Origin: the human T2T-CHM13v2.0 reference genome, Homo sapiens | Length of the DNA stretch: 64,000 bases | Direction: 5' to 3' (one strand) | Assembly: GCF_009914755.1 (NCBI RefSeq) | Contig: NC_060925.1 | The notes under the pieces: model-generated | Seen by the model: the letters and a program-made list of their open reading frames with translations, nothing else | Databases searched by the model: none | What the model was told of the DNA's origin: nothing | Translations under genes and position numbers: made by a program | Part shown: positions 52,400-64,000 of the stretch, piece by piece | Layout: the number at the start of each line of letters is the position of its first letter | How positions within the stretch are numbered: position 1 is the stretch's first letter

Positions 52400-55300
52400 A
52401 CTTGAGCCTGTCTATAGACCCAAAAGTCCTTAAATAAAGAGGTGGCTGCATCGTCTTCAGGAAGGACCTTTATACACCATAAAAATTTATGTTGTTAATC
52501 TTTTTCCCAGCCTACCTCAAAGGGACCTGTGGCCTCTAACCAGGGTAACTGTACATTGGGGAAAAAAGGAAATATCAGACATTTCACAGATTACTGGCCA
52601 CTGGCTCTGAACTGACACTGATTCCAGGAGATCCAAAATGTCACCATGGGCCTCTATCAGAATGCGGGCTTATGGAGGTTAGATGATCAATGGAGTTTTA
52701 ACTTAGGCCTATCTCACTGTGAATCCAGTGGTCTCCAAACCCATGCTGTGATTCTTCCTTCAGTTCTAGGATGCATACTTGGGATAATACTTAGCAGCTG
52801 ACAGAATCCCCATATTAGTTCCTGTCCTGTGAAGTGAGGATAATTATGGTGAGTAAGGCCATGTGGAAGCCATTAGCACTGCCTCTACCTTGGAAAATAG
52901 TAAATCAAAAGCAGTGCTGAATTCCTGGAGGCATTGCAAAGACTAGTGCCACCATCAAGAAACTAGAAGATGCAGGGATGGTATGATTTCCACGTCCCTA
53001 TTCAACTTATCTATGTGGCTGGTGCAGAAGACAGATGGATCAGTGGACAGTGGGTTGTCATATGCTTAACCAGGCAGTAATTCCAATTGCAGCTGCTGTA
53101 CCAGATGTGTTTCATTGCTTGAGCAAATTAACACATTCCTTGCTACATGTTTTGCAGTTATTGATCTGGCAAATGCTTTTTTTTCCATCCCTGTCTATGA
53201 GGCCCAACAGAAACAGTTTACCTTCCATGGGCAAGGCCAGCAATACACCTTCAACGTCCTACCTCAAGGGTATATCAATTCTCCAGCCCTATGTCATAAT
53301 TTAGTTTGCAAGCATCTTGGTCACCTTTCCCTTTCATAAGATATCACACTGGTCCATTATATTGATGACATTATGTTGATTGGACATAGTGAGCAAAAGT
53401 GGCAGTGACCCTAGATATATCGGTAGGACATTCACAAGCTAAAGAGTGAAGAAAAAATCCAACTCAAATATGGGGCCTTCTACCTCAGTGAAATTTCTTG
53501 CAGTCCAGTGGCATGAGACCTATCAGGATATCCCTTCTAAGGTGAGGTTAATTTGTTTGCATCTGGCCCCTCCTATAACCAAGAAAGAGGTACAATGCCT
53601 AATGGGCCTCTTTGGATTTTGGAGGCAACATATTCCTCATTTGGGATTGTTATGCTGGGCCATTTCCCAGGTAGCCCAAAAAGCTGTGAGTTTTCAGTGG
53701 GACCCAGGATAAGAGAAGGCTCTAGAATAAGTCTAGGCTGCTGTGCAAACTGCTCTGCCACTTGGGCCATTTGATCTAGCAGATGTCAGTGGCAGATAGG
53801 GATGCTATGTAGAGCCTTTGGCAGGCCCTTATAGGTAAATTGAACCACACTCCTTTTGTATTTTGGAGAAAGGCCCTTTCATCATCCTTGGATAACTACT
53901 CTCCTTTTAGGAGACAATTCTTGGCCTACTATTGGGCTTTAGCAGAGACCGAATGCTTGATCATGGGCCAACAAGTTACCATGCAACCCTAGCTGTCCAT
54001 CATGAACTGTTACTTGACCCAGTGAGTCATAATGTTGGACATGCACAGCAACACAATACTCCATTATCAGATTGAAGTGGTATATACATGATTGGGCCCT
54101 AACAGGCCCTCAAGTGACAAGTAAATTTTAGGGGAAGTGGCCCAAATTTGCATGGTTCCTACTACTGCTACACTGTCTTCTTTCTCCCCATTTGCACCTC
54201 TGGTCTCATGGGGCATTCCCTACAATGAGTTAACAGAGGAAAAGAAGATTTGGGCCTGGTTTACAGATGGCTTTGCATGCTATGCAGCAGCACCAAAAAG
54301 TGGACAGCTGTAGGAACATAGACCCTTTCTGGGCACCCCTGAAGCAGAATGCTAAGGGGAATTGACCCAATCTCTGGCCTGCATCACTGCCAGCTGACTA
54401 CAGAGGCCTTGGGTTTTGGAGAAACCTCAGCAGCAGGCAGATCTTAGAGGCTGTGGACTTCAGATGCACCCCATCACTACCCCATCTTCAGTGGCCAAGA
54501 GTTTCCAGCTTGGTGCTGTACCAACTGTGATGGTCCTGGGCTTAAGGTGCCCCCCAGTGTTTCAGTGGCTGCCATGGTCATAGGTTTGTGGGCCACACCA
54601 GCTGACCCACCTAGAATCTCTGGACAGGCTTACTGTTGAATTGTTTTCCCAGACAAAACTATACTGTGAAGATTGGAATAAATATCTACTACTTCAATGC
54701 ACAGATATCAATGCATGACCAGAAAGATCAAGAAAAATCAGGGAAATATGGTGTCCCCAAATGGACAAAATAAAGTGCCAATGACTGGCCCTAAAGAGAT
54801 AGAGATGTATGAACTGTCTGACAAATAATTCAACATAACTGTTTTAAGGAAGCTCAGTGCACTTCAAGAAAATACAGAGAAACAGTTCAACAAAATGAGA
54901 AAACAATACATGATCAGAATGATAAATTTAACAGAGATTGATTTTTTTAATCAAACAAAAATGCAAGTGCTGAAAAATAAGTGAACAAAGTGAAAAATGC
55001 AATAGAGAGCATCAACAGCCAGTTGATCAAGGAGAAGAAAATATCTGTGAACCTGAAGACAGATTACTTGAAAATATACAGTTATGATGGAAAAAAAGAA
55101 TGAAAGGAATGAAGAAAGCCAGTGGGATTTATGGAACAGCATCAAAATAGCAAATGCTTACGTCATTGGGGTTTAAGAGGGAGTAGAGAAATATAGTGGG
55201 GTAGAAAGTTTATTTAAAGAAATAGGAAACTTTTTTGAAACCTGCAGAAAATTATAATTATCCAGGTACGTAAAGATTAAAGGACATCAGTCAGATTCAA

Positions 55301-58052
55301 TCCAAATAAGACTACCCCAAGACTTATTGTAATCAAATTGTCAAAGATGAAAGACAAAGAGAGGATCCTGAAAGCAGCAAGAGAAAAGAAGCAAATAACA
55401 TATGAGGGAGTTCCAATACACCTAGCATCAGACTTCTCAGCAGAAGTCTTACAGGCAAGAAGGGAATGGGATGATATATTCATATTCAAAGTGCTAAATA
55501 AAAAAAATGCCAACCAAGAATACTGTGCTCGGCAGGCCATCCTTCAAAAATGAAGATTTTTCACAGGCAAACAAAATCTGAGGGAGTTTATCACCACTAG
55601 ACCTGTCTTACAAGAAATACTAAAAGGAGTGCATCGAGCTGAAAGAAAAGGATGCTAATGAGTAATATGAAAACATCTGAAAGTATAAAACCAGTGGCAA
55701 AAATAAGTCAAATTTAGAATATTCTCATACTGTAATGATGGTTTGTAAGTCACTTACTGTATAAAGGTTAAAAGCCAAAACTATTAAAAATAACAACCAC
55801 AATAATTTGTTAAGGTATATGCAATATAAAAAGATGTAAATTGTAAATTGTGAGGAAGAGTAGAGTAAAATATAGAAAAATTTCAATCTAAGTTAAGTTG
55901 TTATTAGCTCAAAATAACCTATTATAACTATAAGATGTTATGTGTAAGCCTTATGGTAACCACAAAGCAAAAACCTGTAATAGATTCACAAAAATAAAAG
56001 GGAAGGAATAAAATCATACTACTAGAGAACATCTCTTAGCCAAAAGAAAGATAGTAAAACAGGAAGAAAAAATCTATAAAACAACTAAAAAACAATTTTA
56101 AAATGGAAGTAGAATTACATTGAATGTAAGTGGATTAAATTCTCGAAAGACATAGAGTGGCTGATTGGACTGAAAAATAAGACCCAATTACAAGCTGCCA
56201 CTTCACCTGTGAGGACACACATAAACTGAAAGTAAAGGGATGGAAGAAGAAGAAATGACCAGACATGCTATTATATACCAATTCATGGGCTGCAGCCAAT
56301 GGTTTGGCTGGATGATTAGGTACTTCAAAAGAACATGATTGGAAAATTGGTGACAAATAAATATGGGGAAGAAGTATGCAGATAAACCTTTCTGAATGTG
56401 CAAAAATTGTGAAGATATTTGTATCCCATCTGAATGATCACTGAAGAGTGATGTCAGCAGAAGAAGATTTAACAATTAAATGGATAGGATGACCCATTCT
56501 GTGGATTCCAGTCAGCCTGTTTCTCCAGCCACCATTGTCATCACCCAATGCACGCATGAAAGAAAGTAGCCATGGTAGCAGAAATTGAGGTTATTCGTGG
56601 GCTCAGCAACATGGACTTCCACTGACCAAGGCTGACCTGGCTATGGCCATCTCTGAGTACCCAGTCTGCCAGCAGCAGATATGAACAGTGGACCCCCAAT
56701 ATGACATCATTCTGTGTGGTGATTAGCCAGCTACCTGGTGGCAGGCTGACTACACTGAACCATTTCCATCATGGAAGTGCAGTGTTTTGTTCTTACTGGA
56801 ATAGACACTTACTTTGGATATGAATTTGTCTTCCCTACACATAATCCTTCTGCCATAATTATCATCCATGGACTTACAGAATATCTTATCCACTCTCATG
56901 GTATTTCACAAAGCATTTCTTTTCAAAGCAAGAGAAGACAGCACTGGATCCATGCTCCTGGAATTCACTGGTCTTACCATGTTCTCCAGCTGGCATGATA
57001 GAATAGTGAAACAGTCTTTTGAAAACTCAATTACAGTGACCCCAGGTGGCAATACCTTGAACGGCTGAGCAAGGTTCCCCAGAAGGCTGTATATGCTCTG
57101 AATCATGCCTAATATATGGTGTTGTTTTTCTGATTGCCAGGATTCTCAACTCCAGGGGTCTGGGTGGAAATGGGAGTGGCACCACTCACTATTATCCCTA
57201 GAGACCTATTAGCAAATTTTTGCCTCCTGTTCCCAGGACTTTATGCTCTGCTGGCCTACCACCTCACCACTTTGGGCTCCTCATGGCTCTGAGTCAACAG
57301 GCAAAGACAGGAGATACTGTATTTGCTGGAGTGATTTATCCAGACTACCGAGGGGAAGCTGGACTACTATTCCACAATGGAGATAAGGCAGACTATGTCT
57401 GAAATACAGGAGATCCCTTATGCATCTCCTAGTATTACCATGCTCTGTGATTAAGGCCAATGGAAAACTATAAGAACCCATTCCAGCCAAAACTACAAAT
57501 GGCCCAGACACTTTAGGAATGGAGATTTGAGTTATCCCTCAGGTAAAGAACCATGACCAGCTGAGGTTCTCACAGAAGGCAAAAGTAATACACAATGGGT
57601 AGCAGAGGAAGTCAGCTATAAATACCAGCCTATAACCACATAACCAGTTACATAAATGAGGAATGTAATTGTCATGAGTATTTCCTCCTTATTTTGTTAA
57701 GAATACATTTGTGTGTATGTCTATCTATATATATATAGACACACACACATATATTAAACAAATATATTTGTTTCCTTCCTCTCTTATCCCCTTATTGTGT
57801 AACATAACATGTATTAACTTTGTATTTAAGTATTGTTAACTTTTTACCATATAATTTAAGTTACAGAATATTGGGAGAAGAGTAAACATCACTCAAGGAC
57901 TTTAACCTCCTCTTCTGGAGAAAAGAGTAGTGCATTTTCAGTTGTTGTGCAGGATAGTTGTACCATGTTAGGTACAATTATGACCTTGTTATTGTCTTTA
58001 TTTGGAGATACTTTGAGATGCTTATGGGTGCCAAGTTGACAAGGAATGGACT
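52400..58052 (+). mobile_element. ERVL (HERV-L-like) internal remnant: protease, RT, RNase H, integrase and partial dUTPase; interrupted by an L1
   Basis: Protease LLATGSELT at about 52591; IDLANAFFSIP and LPQGY (ORF 53115..53339); YIDD at about 53358; integrase FVLTGIDTY (56771..56998); dUTPase-like GVIYPDYRGE (57220..57402); gccaagttgacaagg just before the LTR. Confidence 0.9.
54364..56250 (+). mobile_element. Old L1M 5'UTR/ORF1/start of ORF2 inserted in ERVL pol; 3' part absent
   Basis: ORF1 peptide KDKERILKAAREKKQITY (55338..55553); ends in the EN-coding region at ctgaaagtaaagggatggaag. Confidence 0.85.
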
Positions 58053-58615
58053 TGTAATGGTTAGTTGTATGCATCAACCTTACTGGGCTAGGGGATGTCC
58101 GGATAGCTGGTAAAACATTATTTCTGGGTGTGTCTGTGAGAGTATTTCTGGAAGAGATTAGCATTTGAATTGGTAGACTGAGTAAAGAAGATAACCCTCC
58201 CCAGTGTGGTTGGGCATCACGCAGTCCACTGAGGGCTTGAAAAGGACGAAAGGGCAAAAGAAGAGCAAATGCACGCTGTCTTCTTGAGTTGCAACATCCA
58301 TCTTCTCCTGCACTCAGACATTGGCATTCCTGCTTCTCAAGCCTTCAGACTTGGACCAGGACTCACACCATTGGCACCCCAGTTTTGGGGTCTCTGGACT
58401 GAGACTGAGACTTACTCTGTTGGTTCTCCTGGTTCTCACACCTTTGGACTTGGACTGGAACTACACCACTGGCTTTACTGGGCCTCCAATCTAGTAGACA
58501 GCAAATCATGGGACTTCTCAGCTTCCATAATCATGTGAAAGGCAACCACTCATAATAAATCTTTGTCTATTTCTATATATCCTAGTCTATTCTCTGGAGA
58601 ACACTTACTAATATG
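58053..58615 (+). mobile_element. MLT2 LTR (3' LTR of the ERVL provirus)
   Basis: Starts TGTAATGGTT directly after the ERVL internal sequence. Contains the typical tctgggtgtgtctgtgag...gaagagattagcatttgaa, AATAAA at about 58554, and ends near tctctggagaac...actaata. Confidence 0.88.
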
Positions 58616-59951
58616 AATAGCATCTTCACAAAAATAAGAGACTATATATACTAGGATGCTATACAGTGGAAAGCCAAAAAATTTCTGAAAAGCGTATAGT
58701 CACAGTTTTAAAAATTAAAATTTGAAACAAAATGATTGATAAGGAAAATTGAAAAAGAGCTGTTTGCCCTGTCCCGTCCTGTTTATGCCTGTAGATAACC
58801 AATTGTCCATTCAAACAAAACAGTTATAAATGTCTAGTTACAAGGTGTCTGCATATGTGAGGTTATTATATAATCAGTGGACAATGTAGCAAAATGATAC
58901 TGTGATTTAAGAAATTGTAATTGGAACCAATGTTAGAGCGAGGTGATGTGGCTTGCAAAAAGTGGAAATTACACTGAGTTTCTTTTTGGCATGGTTTAAG
59001 GCATAAGAGGTTTGGTGACAGTTCTACAACTGCCCTAACTTGAGGTCCGCTTCACCTGGGTCCTGCTGAGTGGGCACAGTGTTATCATCACCAACCCAAG
59101 TATGTATTCATTAAGAAAATGAGTGACTCAAGCAGTGCTGACTGAACATCTTTCAACCTGCTGTCATTTGGATTGTCCAGCTGAGAAACTCTGCTCAGAA
59201 ATGTTCAGTACTTCTAAGATATGTCAGAGTGTTTGCTTTTATAAATTACTCCATGTTCCCACTTCAAAAGATAGACTCTGCCCTGTCAAATTTTAGGTTA
59301 GCAAGAAAAAAGAAAGATCCCAAAAACTTACAGGACAACCATTTAAATAATAAAAATCAATCTATCACCTGACTTTCTCATTAGTGATTCTGATTATCAA
59401 AGGACAGGAGAAAATGCCCTCTCCCTAACCTGTTATTCATCAGGTGTGTAAAATAAAGCTCTTTTCAGATATTCAGGGTCTCAAAAAATGTATGTTTATA
59501 CATCCTTTCACAGGAAGGTGCTAAAGAATGTGCTTTAGCATAACAGAAAAGATCAAAGCATGAGATCCTGTAAATGGCGGCTAAGAGAGACAGTAATGAA
59601 GGGAAACCCCAGGAAACAAGTACTGGATTATCTCTGCCTTTATCACATGGAAAATATTATAAAATGCTATTTTAACTACCTTCTGGAAAACTAACCAAAA
59701 ATTTTAAACAAAACAAGTATTAACTCCAGGAAAATTTATGTATATGTATGTATGTAGAGAGAAGAAAACATACTCATAGTAGAACTGGTTCAATAGTAAG
59801 CAGTATTTACACAGTAAATCTAAACAATATAAACACTCTATTCATTTAACTAAAAAGTTAATATAACTAATTTGAGAGGTGGAGAGAAGATGTATAAGTA
59901 GGCATGGTACATGAGAGATACATCTTCATCTGCCATATAAGAAGGCAATAG

Positions 59952-60018
59952 GGCTGGCTCTGGGTACACTGCCTAGGAGTTAGCCCTGCTCCACAAGCAG
60001 CAGTAATAAAAGAGAAAA
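59952..60018 (+). mobile_element. Short L1-type retroinsertion of a non-Alu, non-L1 structured sequence (LTR40/ERVL-LTR-like)
   Basis: 53-nt GC-rich body plus an A-rich tail, flanked by AAGAAGG(C/T)AATAG at 59939-59951 and 60019-60031, within an old L1MC-type host. Confidence 0.7.
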
Positions 60019-60056
60019 AAGAAGGTAATAGATAATGTATAAAAATTATGTATTAA

Positions 60057-60434
<378 letters not shown>

Positions 60435-60625
60435 TCAAGACTGTGTTCCTTTGGGACCAGAGTGAAGAATGACAATGTGGCAGTGGTTGCATTTTAATAT
60501 TATTTGTCTTATCCAGATTTGTATTGATAAAAATTAAAAATGTTTTAAAGATGATAGATATCAACTGTACAAGATGGATCAGATGAGAGAGAGATCATTT
60601 TATTCTCTTTTCTTTCTCTTCTTAG

Positions 60626-61118
60626 GACCTGGCGTATTGTAGTACCAATGACAAAAGATGATGCACTAAAGGAGATTAGAGGAAACCAAGTTACTTTTCA
60701 GGATTGCTTTATTGCAGATTTTCTTATTCTGTTGACTTTTCCTTTGTTGACCATACCTGAAATTCCTGGTTATTTACCAATCTCCTCACCACGTGGTAGT
60801 CAATTAATGGCTTCCTGGGATGCTTGTGTAGTTGCATCTGCTGTTTTGGTGACAGATATGGAGACCTTTCACACAACTGATTCATTCAAATCTTGGACCA
60901 GAATCAGAGTGCCTCCAGACATTCTGAGTGATGATGAAAGACGGAGTGTGGCTCATGTGATCTTATCGCGGGATGGAATCGTTTTTCTTATAAATGGTGT
61001 TCTTTACATAAAGAGTTTTCGTGGATTTATAAGACTGGGAGGAATTGTAAATCTTCCTGATGGTGGAATTACTGGCATTTCATCAAGAAAATGGTGTTGG
61101 GTCAATTATTTATTAAAG
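60626..61118 (+). CDS. CATSPERE: CATSPERE large coding exon C (493 nt, phase 2-0): (G)TWRIVVPMTKDDALKEIRG...SRKWCWVNYLLK
   Basis: A long polypyrimidine tract and ttAG end at 60625; the donor is AAG|GTTAGT at 61119. It overlaps the only non-repeat long ORF in the track (60648..61250). The peptide is recognised as the CatSper-epsilon extracellular region. Confidence 0.96.
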
Positions 61119-61583
61119 GTTAGTAAAAGATATTTTATATTTTATAAATATATTTATATTTTACAAAGGTATTTACCATACCATTTACTCAGTGATAAAC
61201 AGAGACTTACTATGCAGCTCTTTGCCCAGTTGTTTTATCTAAGGCTGTAAACAGCTCTAACTCAACTTCTCAGAGACCTCTTTACAGTAGAGATACACCC
61301 CCAACAACTAAAAATAAAATTAATCTTGTATGTTATTATGTAGTTCAGTCATGAGAGCTTTGTTTTACCTTGATATGGGCAAAAGACCCAAAAATTATTT
61401 TCCCCAAACAAAGATTATATGAGCTGCCCAAAATGAATAATGAGTTTTTGTTACCTGCATAGAAAGTGTAATGATCAAGTCAGGGTCTTCGGGGTATCCG
61501 TCTCCTTCAGTGTTTACTGTGTCTATGTGTTGGTATCATTTCCTCTCTCCTAGTTACTTTGAAATGTTAAAAATATTGTTGCT

Positions 61584-62006
<423 letters not shown>

Positions 62007-62690
62007 CTAGAAACACTAGAACTTATTTCTTCTATCGAACTGTATGTTAGTTAGATATAAAACATTAGAACTTATTCTTCTATTTAACTGTATATTTGTA
62101 CGTATTAACCAGCCTCTCTTTATACTCCCTCCCACGCACCCCTCTCCTTCCCAGACTCTAATATCTATCATTCCATTCTGTTTTCTTGAGATCATGGTTT
62201 TTACCTTCCACATATGAGTGAGAACATGTAGTATTTGTCTTTCTGTGCCTGGCTTATTTCACTTTACAATAATGACCTCCAGTTCCATCCATATTGCTGC
62301 AAACATGATTTTGTTATTTTTATGGCCAAATGGTATTCCATTGGGTATATATAACCCATTTTCTTTATCCACTCATCCATTGATGTACACTTATGTTGAT
62401 TCCATGTCTTTGCTATTGTGAATAGTGTTGCAATAAACCTGCAAGTACAGGTGTCCCTTTGATATACTGATTTTACTGATTTCTTTCCCTTTTGATAAAT
62501 ACCCGGTAGTGGGAATGCTGGATTGTATGGTAGTTATATATTTAGTTTTTTGAGAACCCTCCATACTGTTTTTCATAGCGGTCGTACTAATTTACATTCC
62601 CACCAACAGGGTATATGAGCTTCCTTTTCTCTGCCTCCTTGCCAGCATCTGTTATTTATTTATCTATTTTTGTCATTTTAATAATTGCCA

Positions 62691-62867
62691 GGCTGGGCAG
62701 GGTGGCTCACACCTGTAGTTGCAGCACTTCGGGAGGCCAAGGTGGGATGATTACTTGAGCCTAGGCGTTAGAGACCAGCCTGGGCAACATGGTGAGACCC
62801 CAGCCAGGGCAACATGGTGAGACCCCATCTCTAAAAATAAAATAAAATTTAGAAAATAAAAAATAAC
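62691..62867 (+). mobile_element. FLAM/AluJ left monomer with an internal tandem duplication
   Basis: gggcaacatggtgagacccc is present twice; TSD aataat(t/a)gcca. Confidence 0.85.
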
Positions 62868-63413
62868 AATAATAGCCATTCAACAGGGTAAAATGATATC
62901 TCATTGTGGTTTTGATTTACATTTCCCTGATGGTTAGTGATGTTAACTGTTTTTTCACATACCTGTTGGCCATTTGTATATCTTTTGAGAAATATCTGTT
63001 CATGACCTTTGCCCACTTTTAAATGGGATTTTTTTTTAACTATTAAGTTGTAAAATTGAAGAGGAGGGAATTATCCCTAACTCATTCTACAAGACCACCC
63101 TTACCCTGATACCAAAACCAGAGAAGAACACAACACAAAAAAAGAAAACTTACAGGCCAATATTCCTGATGCACATAAAACACAAAAACCCTCAAAAAAA
63201 ATTCTAGCAAACTGAATCAAATAGCACATCAAAACCAGAACACACCATGGGATTTATACCAGCAATGTAAGGATAATTTGACATACACAAATCAATAAGC
63301 GTGTTACATCACATCCACAGAATGAAGGACAAACACCATATGATCCTCTCAATAGATACAGAAAAAGCATGTGATAAATTCAACATCCCTTCATGATAAA
63401 AATTCAACAAACT

Positions 63414-63713
<300 letters not shown>

Positions 63714-64000
63714 CTAGGCATAGAAGGAACATACCTCAAAATTATAAAAGCCATATATAATAAACCCACAGGTAAACATCATACTGAGTATATAAGTTTA
63801 AAGTTTAAAGCCTTTCCTGTAAGAACTGAAACAAGACAAGGATTCCCACCCTCACCACTCGTATTCAACTTAGTACTGGAGGTCCTAGCCAGAGCAATCA
63901 GTAAAGAGAAAGAAATAAAAGGCATTTAAATTGGAAAAGAGGAATTCAAACTGTCCCTTTTTGCAGATAATATGATCTTATATTTAGAAAAACCTAAAGA

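Noticed and set aside
59952-59960. GGCTGGCT start resembling vault RNA
   Set aside because: The similarity stops after 8 nt; there is no B box or U-tract terminator.
60648-61250. 200-aa single-exon gene
   Set aside because: It is CATSPERE exon C plus intron read-through; the splice sites and phase match the upstream exon.
62017-62097. About 50-bp tandem duplication (tagaacttatt...aactgtat) in an L1 3'UTR
   Set aside because: An ordinary diverged local duplication inside a repeat with no sign of function.

Overview
Human (primate) genomic DNA, mostly intronic, from the sperm CatSper channel epsilon-subunit gene CATSPERE (C1orf101), which lies on the + strand. Three coding exons are readable: 7317-7394 (78 nt), 26907-27013 (107 nt) and 60626-61118 (493 nt). 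All have AG/GT ends and join in frame to give LITVWAYDPESAD...EEPSI|NSIVLSTQMATLG...KMRRG|TWRIVVPM...VNYLLK. Most of the remainder is transposable-element derived: three young sense L1PA copies (one twin-primed), an antisense L1PA7/8-type copy, two long old L1MA copies (one full length with TSDs), about 20 Alu copies, a MER11 solo LTR inside an Alu, an ERVL pol remnant with an MLT2 LTR, MER6, and L2/MaLR fragments. Nearly all ORFs in the track are repeat-derived. I see no prokaryote-type system. The best leads are: (1) the three young L1 copies share a patchwork of non-consensus variants, including a 363-bp perfectly identical tract, which suggests ectopic gene conversion between repeats that bracket two CATSPERE exons; (2) a 67-nt TSD-flanked retroinsertion at 59952-60018 whose body is exactly two abutting hairpins, possibly a copy of a small structured RNA mobilised by L1. 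Gene and repeat identities and consensus comparisons are from memory, not database searches. Repeat boundaries without a TSD are approximate.
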